DNA of 63,270 nucleotides, the filler included, from Olpidium bornovanus S191 (Eukaryota; Fungi; Olpidiomycota): assembly GCA_017911155.1 (NCBI GenBank). It is 28 parts of 28 records of this genome, joined end to end, with 100 filler letters (N's around TTAATTAATTAA, not from the genome) between each part and the next. Parts side by side here need not be neighbours in the genome. Positions count along the whole stretch, not along the records: positions 46,374 to 48,221 come from JAEFCI010012137.1; positions 48,322 to 52,203 come from JAEFCI010010759.1; positions 52,304 to 54,929 come from JAEFCI010000810.1; positions 55,030 to 56,086 come from JAEFCI010009020.1; positions 56,187 to 58,403 come from JAEFCI010000491.1; 23 more parts are not named here. The stretch is one strand, 5' to 3'. The notes under the pieces were generated by a model. It did not search any database. It was not told the origin of the DNA and worked only from the letters and a program-made list of their open reading frames with translations. The translations under genes were made by a program, and so were the position numbers. This document shows, piece by piece, positions 46,664-58,503 of this stretch; the stretch's first letter is position 1, and every line of letters starts with the position of its first letter.

Positions 46664-48084
46664 CTTTCAGCGCGCTGGATGCTGATGAAGACGGAGCAGT
46701 CTTTCAGCGTGGCGCAAATGAGATACTCGCGGACGCGCTGGAAGGCTTCCTCCAGCGTCATGGCGCCGAGGCCTCCTCCTCCTCCGTCGCCGCCGCCGCC
46801 GCCGCCGCCGCCGCCGGACGGCCGCTGCCCGCCCGCGTCCCGCGACTTGTACTTCCGGACAGTCCGCGCCCACTCGTCGCGCGACGGCTCCCGCAACAGG
46901 AACTCGGCGAACCGCGGGTCGCCGCTCCAGCGGTCGCACACCTTGGCGATGCCCTCGACGTCGAGCGCGTCGAGCGTCCGCTGCAGTTCCCGCAGGTCTT
47001 CCAGCGCGCGTTCCCGCCGGAGGATCGACACGACGATGGCGCACAGGTGGTGGCTTGTCCGGTCGAAGCTGCGGCGGGCCGGGCGGGGGCGGTGGTTTGA
47101 CGGAAGCGGGCGGTTGACAATTTCGTTTTTCTTTTAAAAAAAAAGCTAAAACTCCCCGCGCCGTTTAAGCGGGGGGGCGTGATCACAGCGCGTCTTGAAC
47201 CTTACCTCTCACCGCCGCCGCAGTCTTCGGAGAAAAACTGGGAAATTCTTTCGAAGGCCGCCTTCGGACGGAGGAAAAGGAGGGAGAGGCGAGGGGCGCA
47301 GGGGAAAAAAAAATAATCCCGAAGTCCGTCCAGGAACAGCGTTTCAGCAGACCTCGCGCGGGGGGGGGGGAGTCGGAGGGGGTGCCGCAAACGCGACCGG
47401 CCAAATCGCTCCCGCGGACCCTCTCGAAAATTCTTACCGCACCGGGAGGCACGGCGGACCCGTTGGCGTACAGCCGGAAATTGTTCTGCGGGGTGCGCTG
47501 CAGGTCTTCGACGGCCTTGCGCATCCGCCCCTCGTCACCGGAGAACAGGTCCATCGGGCAGTACGCGCTCCGCCGCGCGGGGTTGTCCGGATATTTTAGG
47601 GCCTGGTGCATGCAGAACCGGCACGTGGCGGACTTGGCCGGTGCGAGTTCGGGATGCATGAAACGCGAAGTCGGGAGGAAACCCCATTTCGGCTGCGCGG
47701 AATGATTTTGTGCGTGGCCGTCGCCCCGATCGGAAAAAAAAAAATTAAATGGGCGCGCTGCACCGCGGCGGACTCATTCTTCCGCCCGGCGGCGGAGGGG
47801 CAGGAAAAGTGGAGTGTATCACAAACTAAAAAACGAGCCGGAGGTCCGCGCCCAGACACGCCGGGGGAAAAAGCTGATAATAACAGCAATAATATCAATT
47901 ATACCTTGATTTCCACCGAAAGGGTCGGCTCGCCTTTGTGGCGCGTGAAGACGGTGTGGTCGGCGCAGAGCGTGGCCCACGTCGCGGAGCAATCGACGTC
48001 CCGGTGGAGTCGCTTCGTCGGGCGTGCCGGGCGGATGCGGTCGGCGAGAGTTTCGAGGAATGCGGGCGTGACCGGCACCCTCTC
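46664..48084 (-). CDS. IPK1: Inositol-pentakisphosphate 2-kinase, internal fragment
   Basis: VPVTPAFLETLADRIRPARP, TLSVEIK-PKWGFLP (split by an intron), CRFCMHQ..YCPMDLFSGDEGRMRKAVEDL..PQNNFRLYANG, and EYLICATLKDCSVFISI. Confidence 0.93.
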
Positions 48085-48321
48085 CTGCGTTGAACGCCCG
48101 AGGAACGGAAAAACGAGGGCGAAAAAAAAATAAAGATAAGAAAAAATTAAAAAGGAAAGAAAGAAAAAAAAAAGGAAAAAAAAAAGAAAAAAAAATAAAG
48201 AAAAAAAAAGAAGAAAAAAAANNNNNNNNNNNNNNNNNNNNNNNNNNNNNNNNNNNNNNNNNNNNTTAATTAATTAANNNNNNNNNNNNNNNNNNNNNNN
48301 NNNNNNNNNNNNNNNNNNNNN

Positions 48322-51300
48322 CATGACCTGTGGTGGCTGCCAGGCGCTTGGCGGCGGATGCGTTGAGGGTACGTGCCTCGCCGAATCCGCAGCGGGACGC
48401 CCCACCGTTGGTAGGACACCGCGTTTCTCAAGATCCAGCTGGATCTGCCGCAGCTGCGGAGCAGGAAGGCTGCGGCCCAGGTGCTGGACAATCGCTTCCA
48501 GCGACGAGTTGGCCTTCAGGGCAAATGCCGGATCTGTCTGATGCAACAGATAAGCCTTCGGATACATCCCGCGGTGAACGTAATAAACCAGGAGAAAGTC
48601 CTTCGCGATCCTCGATGCGCCCGAGGCGGAGCAGTAGTTGACTACAAATTGCTCTTCTGCCGGGTCTAGCGGGAACGCAAGCAGCTGCATTATCGGTCTT
48701 TTCTTTTCCCGGACTGTTTTTCGGAGCAGCAAAAGGAAAAAAAAAACTGTGACTAAATATACTGCATCAACTCTGATCTCCTCATCAAGTACCTACAAGG
48801 TTCCGAGAAGCACCACACGAGCAGCCTGTTGAGAAGAGTCTTTTCCTCGTAACCTTCCACGAGGGTCCCTATCTCGTCGTATTTCCTAGCGAAAAAGAAG
48901 CCTTCGGCTAGATCCTTGCGGATGAGGACATCGAGGGCGAGCTCCAAGTTCTCCGTTGTCAGCATCTGCGGCTGGTCAGGGGACAAAAGGTGGCACTTCG
49001 CAAGGTTGAAGAACAGGTATGCCGGCTGCGGAGATGGGCAGCGAGCGTGGATGGTGCCCAAAATTTTGAATGCCAAGTCGGGGATCACGGCGGGGTCGGC
49101 AAGATTCCTCACTGCATCCTGAAAACGAAGAAAACAGGACAATTTCGCGTGAGTGCGACCACCCAAACCCGGGTTTTCTTCAGAGATAATAGAGTGGAAT
49201 TCGTCAGCGGTCTGCTTACCTCCCACTGGTCGTGGTCCATGTTCCAGTAGCCATCCATAGCCATCCTGTAGGGCCTGGGGATACCAAATTTCGTGGCGAA
49301 TTCGTCGCCGCCCATGCCCCAGTCCTTTAACAGGTAGTATACCTAAGTAGACAGAAGAACGATGAGTAAGAAATTCCCTACCCGTTTTGGGCAAGTTTTG
49401 ATCGCTGTGATGCACCATCCCCCCCCCCAGGGATCCAACCAGGGTCGGAAAAGCGGGGGGTGCGTTTCAGTACCAGGCAATGCCGTTGTAAGATGTCCCG
49501 ATCCGTCGCCTCATAAATGGTATCAATAAGGTTACTCAGATCGCGCATCATCTCACTATCTCGCGGCGGATAAAAGTTCGAGATATTGGCTGTCAAGTAG
49601 AAAATCGCACGAAACATGAGATCTGAACGCCCAAAAGGTTTTCTTCTGGAGCTCGGCACGCGGGAGACCCACAGTCAGCCTTGCCCACAAACTGTAGCAG
49701 TTCATCGTAAAAGAGGCGGCCGCCGAGCAGCTTCCGCTTTTCCTGTATTCTGTCGATGGTAATAGGTGTGTAAGGTACCCGGTTTCCGTCGCCAAGTAGG
49801 TCTTCGAGACGCGGCATCTGCTTCGGCGCAAAATTTACTAATTGTTTAGATGACTAAAAAAATGAAATTCGCAAAATCTGTTCGTAAAATCTAAAGGGAA
49901 ACTTACTGCGCTTTGATCTTCGGCCGACGCGTCCAAATTTTCTTCGGACTCTAGAAAGCCGGTGTACACTGCCCTTTTGTTCGCAAAAAGGAAGTCGACT
50001 TCCGTGGAGTTCATATGAACGCCAATGTCCTATAATTTCCCAAACTTCTCAGATCGTCACCAAAAGACAACTAACTCGAATGTGTCCCAAGTCCGCCCGG
50101 TAACATATTACCAAAATCTCGTCTGACCATTCAATGGGAATATCTTGGCGTTCGATTCGTCGAAGAGCCACTCCATCCATTGTAATAAAGAAGGTCTCCG
50201 TCTTGGCCTCGCAATTTGCAAACCGGGCTCGAAACACGAAGCACAATTGCAATCCATTGCCAACTAAACGATTGAAGAATAGTTGGTCCGAAGGGAACTA
50301 GAGTTAAAAACATCTTGAGCACATACGTGCTGCATGGACTTAGCAGCGGCAATTCGAAGCGAATGAGCGCACATTTTGACACCGCCATGGCTTTCGTGGT
50401 GTAGGACCCCAAGGGAGCTGACGGGTCGTTCGGCGCCGCTATCGCTTGCTCGGCATGGAACTCATGCAGGAGGCTGTAGCCTGGTCGAGTGTCGGAGAGC
50501 TGCAACTGGTAGACCAGGACTTCCGGGAAAGCGAATCTGAGGAAAGTGCCGAATTCAGGAGACGTTCGGCCGCCGAAGCCTTCATTACATAAGTCCGCGT
50601 CGCTCACCTCCTGCTTCCAGCGCGCGCACCCCTGGCCACAAACAACCAAGGAGTGCAGGTGTCGGCGTACTCCATCCTGCTATCCGCAACTGCACAAAAA
50701 AGCAGTTTGGTTACTGCGCCTCGCGAGCCTTCTCGATCCAGCGCCATGACGTGCTTCAATACTCCCTCCTGCGCGTTGTCCACGTAGAACAAACGTAGGT
50801 TTCCATTTGAGCAGCCGATGGCAACGGCGGCTTCATGGTCGTAATCACCCTCGGCCGGGATGTATCCTGCAAACGAGGAAATCTGGAATTACCATTCCGT
50901 ATCAGCTAAGTAGAACACGCAAATAAAGCAGGTTCACGGTACAGGGCCAAAACTGAGCCACATACAGAACCAAACCCCGAACAATGGACCCTTCCGGCGT
51001 ACTGTGGCAACGGTGAACCTCGTGAGCAAAATTCGGCATGTGTGCGTTCAAATCTCAGGTGACAGACGCGAACCACTTGTCCTGACCTCCCAAGTAAAAT
51101 TTTCCGGAGAGCCGCCACTGAACGACCTTGCGGGAGTGAATATCCTAGCCACGTGAACTTTGCCGTCTGCCGACCCCACCAGCAGCAGATAATGCCGCCT
51201 GACGTGGTTCTAGCAAGGGTGTATACGAGCGGCCAGGCTTGTCTGTTATCGCGGTGGCTGCCGAGCAGGCAGCGACAAAAATAACAAAAACAGCGCGGGA

Positions 51301-51913
51301 AGCAGGCAGCCGGCAACGTGCGACGCCGGGGCGCAGACCCGACACTTACGCTGGCGGCGAAAGGCCCCACAACTTGCAGGCACGACACCTCCCGTGGCAT
51401 CTCAATGTCGACCGGGCCGTATTTCATGTCCAGCGGGTCCCACCAGTACGCCCTGGGGTCTGCGTTAACGGAGACGCGGGTGGACACGAAGAAGCAGGTG
51501 CGGCTTTCGATCTCCGAGGCCGCGACGCAGGCGAACGGGCCCACCTGCAACCCGTCCTCCGCGAGGTCCGCGGCGTGCAGGACGGCGAACGGACCAGCCA
51601 CGGCCGAGGCAGCGGACGAGGCGGCAGCGGCCGCGGAGGCGGCGGCGGCGGCGGACGAGACGGAGGGACCCGCCTGCGCCCTCCACGCCGGCTGCGCCCT
51701 CGCCGACCACACCTCCACACACGCCTCGCTGTAGCGGTAGAACCACGACCCCCCGGCCCCGAAGGCACCTCCCCGCACGCGGGAACCGGGGCCCTCAGAC
51801 GAGTCCAGCTCGGCGCGCCCGCCGGAACCCCAGGTCTCCCCCGGTGCGCCCGCGGTTTCCTGGGGCGGACGCATGCGGTCAATCGGGCCCCGCAGCTCCT
51901 GGACGCTCTCCAT
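48322..51913 (-). CDS. ELYS: Nucleoporin ELYS/AHCTF1-like (N-terminal beta-propeller + ELYS alpha domain), multi-exon, 3'-truncated
   Basis: Alpha domain: FYPPRD..LIDTIYE, EFATKFGIPRPYRMAMDGYWNMDH, LLAFPLDPAEEQFVVNYC, and DFLLVYYVHRG. N-terminal strand-rich blocks: ACVEVWS, YWWDP..IEMPREVSCLQVV, and VAIGCSNGNLRLFYV. Confidence 0.82.
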
Positions 51914-52082
51914 TTTGGGTTGGTTTTTCCGCGGATTCCGCTTCTCGCAGGGTTCTCGTGGCCCGCCCGCCGAGCGGCTCGCGCGTCCGCCCCTGAGGCC
52001 AACCCGCTTGGTCAGGGCGCTGCAAACCACAAAAAAAAAAAAAAAAAAAAAAAAACACCCCCCCAACCCGCCAGCCAAGAAA

Positions 52083-52150
52083 GTCACGTGTCCTTGAAAT
52101 CGCCGAGATCACTAGACACACCGGTGTGTCCAGCCGCGACGTCACGTGAC
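52083..52150. promoter_or_regulatory. Putative ELYS promoter module: two E-boxes flanking a 16-bp palindrome
   Basis: GTCACGTG at 52083, GACACACCGGTGTGTC at 52115-52130 and GTCACGTGAC at 52141, lying 170-240 nt upstream of the minus-strand ATG at 51913. Confidence 0.4.
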
Positions 52151-52303
52151 CCCCAGACCAAGACCTAGACGGTGTGTATAGTAAGCACCAGCGCTATGGT
52201 GGGNNNNNNNNNNNNNNNNNNNNNNNNNNNNNNNNNNNNNNNNNNNNTTAATTAATTAANNNNNNNNNNNNNNNNNNNNNNNNNNNNNNNNNNNNNNNNN
52301 NNN

Positions 52304-52339
<36 letters not shown>

Positions 52340-52610
52340 CGCTCCGGCTCCGTGATTTGACCGGCCGCCCCCACCGGCGTCGTTCTGCCGCCCTGCCGCC
52401 CGCAACGGTTCTCTCGCGCTTCTTTTCCGTGGCGCTCCTTCGCTCCCGCCCGCCCGCCTGCCTGCCGCCACCGCCCCGCGGGGTTTTTGTAGATCACATC
52501 CGCCTCGCGCGCGCGCTTGGGTCCCCGTGATAGCGGGCGAGCCCGGCTGAACGCCCTGCGCCGGCCGGCGGTCCCGAAGCGACGCGCAAAGGACGAAAGA
52601 GACGGCGGTA

Positions 52611-54860
52611 ATGGAGCACTTCGCGCCGCTCAAGCTCACCCCGACCACCCACAGCCCTGTGCTGCTGGAGTCGGAGATAATACACTGTACCCAATCGAAC
52701 ACGGGAATGTACGAGGGGTGCGTCTCCGCCCACTTCACTCCCCCTGCCCGCCCCTCGCCGACAACCCGGGTGTTAGAATCGAAAACCTCGTTTCATTGAT
52801 TATCTGAAAAAACGCTCTGCTGAAAAGGCGTTTGCCGCTGTGGCGCGGTCGCTTCAACCGCGATCTTGCCCGCTCCGTCGAATTCGTTTCAGTAATGTGA
52901 AGAGCTCGCGATACGACAACGGCGTGGCGTACGTGACGTCGCATCGCATCTTGTTCGTGCACGCGGTAAACCCAACAGAAAGATCGGTGGCCGTGTACCT
53001 GACGGACGTCCAGGCGCTTGACACATATGTAAGAGAGCTGAAGATGTTGTTCGCCAAGTCTTTGCGTGCAATGGCGCCCTGTTTGCTGCGGTTTACTCAG
53101 CCGGCCGCACGTTTTCCCTTTGGGGACGGTTTTCCGACCAGAAAGGCTTCCTGAAGAGCTCGCCGAAGCTGACGGTATGGACGGCCGGATCCGGCGCCGG
53201 CGGGTCGACATCGCCTGGAAATGCGCCGCGCGCGAACGCCGGTGCGCCGGTCGGGGCGGCGGCGGCGGCAGCGGCCGCGCCGTGGGTGTGCCCGATATGT
53301 TCCGAGGCGAACGCGGCTTCTCTGATGAACTGCCGTCTCTGCGGCGTGAAGCGGGATGACGAGGACGAGGCGCGGGCGCCTCCGAAGTCCGGGCGGCACC
53401 GGGTGGACGCCGCGCCGGCGCCGCCGAGCACGCCCGCCGGCGCGGCGTGCGGGCGGTGCAGCTTCTTGAACGCAAAGGGCGCGGCGGCCTGCGAAATGTG
53501 CGACGCGGCCCTCCCGCCGGGCGGCGGCGCATCTTCGGTCGCGGCGTGTCCGCGCTGCAGCTTCCACAACGACCCGTCGGCCGCGCGGTGCACGATGTGC
53601 GAAGGGGAGATGCCGCCTTTCCAACGGCCGCACGAGGACGGCCCCGCGTCCCCGTTTTCGCCGGGGTCCGCCTCGGAGGTTGTCTCACCGTCGGGCTCGT
53701 TCCAACAGGTTCAGCCCGCCCTGGAGTTGTCAAAGAGTTTCGTGAAGATCGCGTTCCGGGGCGGCGGGATGGCTCCTTTTGCCGCCGCGGTCAAGGCGGC
53801 GCTTGCTGCCAGGGCCTGGGAGACCATGCTTTCGGTCGCCGCCCCACCTCCGGCTACGGCACATTTCAACCCATTGCGAACTGGCATAAGTAAGGCGGTC
53901 ACATTGCCTTGCTGTTTGCTGACACAACAAGTAGCCGTCCCGAGTTGCAAGGCGAGCCTAATCGTATCGCCCTTCATAACTCCAACCCCAAGCCGGAATT
54001 GTTCGAAACGTTGAGGAGACGGGACAAAGGACAGACGAATCAATCAACGACGCTTTTAGAGACCTCGATGGGCTTATTGCCAAGGCTGCTGATATGGTAC
54101 GTGGTATTTTGCGCTTGCCGGCTGTTGGAGGTGAGACCCACCTGGAAAACCGCCTGTAAGAGCCGCCCCGAGGTTGATGCTGAGGTGCGTGTTGCGGCGC
54201 CGCCGATAAAAATAAAATGCAGGTCAAGCTCGCTGAACAGATCTCGGCAAAGATATCGGCCGGCGGCGCCGCAGCCGAAGGCGGATACGTGTCCGCGGAG
54301 GACGTCGCAAACTTCAAAAGTTTCCTTCTGGATCTCGGTGTGGCCAGTCCCGTGACGAAGTAGGGCGAAAAAAAAAACGTCGGGGAAAGACGGGGTAGGG
54401 GGGGGAAGAATCCCAGGGAGCGGCTCGACTGAATTCCGAAGGTGCGCGCTGCCGTTCGCAGGGACTCGGCCGGCGCGCTGTACCACCGGGAGCTCGCGAA
54501 GCAAATCACGGAGTTCCTCGAGGCGGTCCTCGCGCGGGAGAAAGGAATCATTTCGCTCACGGACGTGTACTGCCTGTACAATCGGGCGCGAGGCGTGGGT
54601 AAGCCGGATCGGCGAAACCGGCCAGTTCGCGCGCCCCTTGCCCTGTCCCCACGCTGTCGGTTTGCCCCGCTTTGGGGCGGGGGGGAAGTGGGGGGGGGGA
54701 GGGGGGGAGTGGCGCGTGTCACTTTCCCCTTCGGTAACCACGTGCAGCTTTGATATCCCCCGAGGATTTATACAGAGCATGTTCGCTGTTCCCCGAGGTG
54801 CACGCCCCCATGCAGCTGCGCAAGTTCCAGAGCGGCCTCCTCTGCGTCGAGTCTCATATC
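52611..54860 (+). CDS. VPS36: ESCRT-II subunit Vps36 (split GLUE domain with NZF insert; winged-helix C-terminus), 3'-truncated
   Basis: PVLLESEI..GMYEG, YDNGVAYVTSHRILFV, AGFLKSSPKLTV, RanBP2-type fingers, FVKIAFRGGG, FKSFLLDLGVASPVT, YHRELAKQITEFL, GIISLTDVYCLYNRARG, and ISPEDLYRAC. Confidence 0.96.
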
Positions 54861-55317
54861 CTTGCTTTTTTTTATTTCGTTCGAAGAGGGGCCGCGCGAA
54901 AAGCCGAGACGCGCAGTTTCTCATCTCTGNNNNNNNNNNNNNNNNNNNNNNNNNNNNNNNNNNNNNNNNNNNNTTAATTAATTAANNNNNNNNNNNNNNN
55001 NNNNNNNNNNNNNNNNNNNNNNNNNNNNNCATGGCAATGTCGCTGCAAGGGTGTGGCCCGGGTTATTCGACGCTGATGTGGGGACCTTTGGCGTGGACTG
55101 TAGCGGACAGGTGATGCGGCGTGCGACGCACGCGGCTCGTCACGCGCGGATCGCAGACGCGAAGGGCGGCCTCCTTGTCAGAGCCTGCCTTCGTGATCGT
55201 GCCGCAAATGCTTTATATAGTGAATATAAATAAATATCAAACTATAACTTAGATACAAATAGAGCCTGCTTCTGCAGGGCACGCATCGTGTTCTGCGCCG
55301 AGTTGGGTCAACCGGGA

Positions 55318-55349
<32 letters not shown>

Positions 55350-56025
55350 GTTCGTGCGTGCTCGCGGAAGCCGAGGAAAGCGCTGCTACGGGGCATCGCT
55401 TCCGCTTCCTCATCATCCCGTTGGTGGTCCGAACCCTGGTAGAGGGCTGGCGGGTCGAGGTGATAGAACCGGTCCCTTCGTGCCAGTCGCAACCGGGTTT
55501 AGCGACGAGTGGTTCGACGTTGGCGATCCTTGCAAATGTATTGCCATTCCCCCGTGGGCCGCCAAAAATGACGTCAAGGCCGGCGTTGGCGGCGACCCGT
55601 GACCCGAGAACAGCGGGATTGTGAGTTTTGGCGCGTGGAGAACGACATGAAGCGATTTCTTCTTGCGTCCCATATACTTGGCAGAAGTGGGTGGACGGGG
55701 AGGGGGAAGGGGAAGGAGTGCACCTGCAGGACTGACGGCATACAGAACGGACATCTCTCATGGGTGGTGTTCGACGATTTTGGGCGTAAAATCCTGGCCG
55801 GGCGCCCCCCTTCCTGGGACTTTGCCGTTGCGGGGGTGGGGGGGGGGGTTCCTGGGGGGCTTTTTCTGGGCGCCTGATGATTATTTTTTCTGCGTGGGAG
55901 GGAAATGGTGGCATATCTGCCAAAAGCTTCCTGTTTGTTTTGATACACGTGGTTTTGGGTTCCTCACAAGAACTCTTAATTGCCAGAATTTGACGCAATC
56001 GGGCGGGCGGCAACGTATCGCACCT

Positions 56026-56064
<39 letters not shown>

Positions 56065-56186
56065 ACGCCCGGCGGGGCGCCCCCCGNNNNNNNNNNNNNN
56101 NNNNNNNNNNNNNNNNNNNNNNNNNNNNNNTTAATTAATTAANNNNNNNNNNNNNNNNNNNNNNNNNNNNNNNNNNNNNNNNNNNN

Positions 56187-56228
<42 letters not shown>

Positions 56229-56277
56229 GTCAATCCGCTTCCCGCCCTCCAACCCGCCGCGTGCTAAACAAAGCAAT

Positions 56278-57635
56278 ATGGCCGGAGGAGCGAGGCAGCC
56301 CGTCGCGGTGCGCTCCGAGGACCACTACGCGCAGCTCGTCGCCGCGGTCCCCGCGGACCGCGTGCTGCTGCTCAACTTCTGGGCCGACTGGGCCCAGCCC
56401 TCCGTCAACATGAACCTCGTCGTGGGCGACCTCGCCGAGCGGTATCCCGGCGTCACTTTTCTCAACGTACGCTCGCGGGCGCGCGCTTCGGGTACGGAGA
56501 GGGAAAGGAGGGAGGGGCCGGTGCTGGAGAAAATGACGGAGGCGGGGTGGGGGGGTGGGCGTGGGCGGCAGGAGGCCCGGGGAGCGCCGGCCGCGTCTCG
56601 GCGTAACGCAGGCCGGGATAACGGCAGCGCCTGGTCGCGCCCGGAGAACTGGCCCTCCGCCGCGTCCCTTCCCGCCCCCTCCTCCTGTCCCACCACGCCG
56701 GCCGTCGCTCCGCCTCCGGTTTGGCTGGTTGGCGTGGGTCCCCAGTAGGTCGTGATTCCGTTTCTCACGCCGCGGTTGCGCCCGCCCCTGTTCGCTTTCG
56801 GCTTTCTCTGTTTTGCCAGATTGACGCGGAAGCCGTCCCGGAGGTGTCCCTGTCGTTCGACATTACCGCTGTACCGACGTTTGTCGTAACCAAGGTTAGT
56901 GCTTTCTTTTTGTTTTGAGCGGGAATTCGCGCGGTGTAGTGTGAGTGGTGGAACTTTTTTTTCTCTTTTCTTTTTTTTCTTTTGTTATTATTATTTTTAT
57001 TCTTGTCGCCGGCGCTGATAAAACGTCGCCCGAGCGGCATTTTTTGCGGGGCCTAGGGCGGGAAAGAGCTTGAGCGCATCAACGGCGCCAGCGCGCGGGA
57101 GCTCACAGACGCGGTCGCGAAGTACGCGAAGCATCAAGCGGCGCCGCCCGCGCAAACTCCCCCGCCGGCTCCTTCTTCCTTGCCGCCCGTGAACGGCGGT
57201 CCGCGGCCGGCGAACGGTTCTGCCACCGGCGGCGCCGGCGGAGCGGACCTTACCGCGCGACTGAAGCTGCTTGTCGGCTCGGCGCCGGTCATGCTGTTCA
57301 TGAAGGGGACGCCTGGGGAGCCGCGCTGCGGGTTCTCCAAAAAGATCGTGGACCTGCTCAACGCGCAGGGCGTCCGGTTCGGCTCCTTTGACATTCTCAC
57401 CGACGACGAGGTCCGTCAGGGCCTGAAGGAGTATTCGGACTGGCCGACGTACCCGCAGCTCTATGTCAAGGAGGAACTTGTCGGAGGGCTTGACATCGTC
57501 CAGCAGCTTGTCGAATCCGGAGAGTTCAAGCGGATGGTTCCGGTAAAGACGCAGTTCGCCCGTTTGATGGTTATGGAGCCGGCAAACGAAGCGAAGGCGG
57601 ATGCCGCGAAACGAGAGATCGCGGACAATGGCTGA
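56278..57635 (+). CDS. GRX4: Monothiol glutaredoxin Grx3/Grx4 (Trx-Grx fusion), 3 exons
   Basis: Trx domain: [33 protein letters not shown]. Grx domain: [59 protein letters not shown]. Confidence 0.96.
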
Positions 57636-58503
57636 CGCGCAACTGTGCCACGCGCCTCTTAGTCCCAAGGTTAGTCGAGTTTCCATCGTCCGTCAGGTTG
57701 TCAAGTCCAGAGGAGGCATCGAGCGTGTTTGGCTGCAATCTTTTGCAAACCGGGTGCGCAAGTGACCCCATGCTGCTGCGGTCGCAGTGAACGATGTGGG
57801 GTATTAGATCCAGCTGCGCGTAGCGCCGGCCGTGTGCGGACGGTAGCGTTTACGGTTCGCCAAAACCGCAACGCCCCGCGGTTTCTTCTTTTGGAAAAAT
57901 ATTTGCACGATGCTTTTGCCTCACAAAATATACTTTCAGAACGCGACATCAAGTGGCTTCCGAAGGGGCCGCCACTAAAAGCTGCACAACCTGCTCGGAG
58001 AATAACGGCCCAACGAAGGGACCGTCTCGTCTGAAAGCCGTTTCTTTCGCTCTCTTTTGTCGGAACCCCGGTCTGGCGATTTGCGCAGCGTTCAGACTAT
58101 TGCGGAGGGTGGGATCAGGGAGCGATGGGCGGCGCTGTGAATTGCCGGAAGCATGGGTAAAAGGGGGGTGGGTGTGTGTGTCTGTGGGAAGGGGAGGAGG
58201 GCGTGGGTGCACCAGCTCCGCGATTTGTATGCCTGCTGCTCTGGGCAGACCGGGTTCCCTTTGCGCGGGGGACGCGAAGCCCCGATCTAACGAGATCGAA
58301 CCTCCGCTTCCTGAGAAATCCGCGAAGGCGGGGCCCGCGTCCGCCGTTTCGGGCTGCCGCGCGAAAGCGGGCAAAAGCCGGTCAACCCGCTGGGGGGAGA
58401 GGGNNNNNNNNNNNNNNNNNNNNNNNNNNNNNNNNNNNNNNNNNNNNTTAATTAATTAANNNNNNNNNNNNNNNNNNNNNNNNNNNNNNNNNNNNNNNNN
58501 NNN

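Noticed and set aside
55030-56086. ORFs 55249..56013 and 55413..55754
   Set aside because: Low-complexity, cross homopolymer runs, and no domain recognised.
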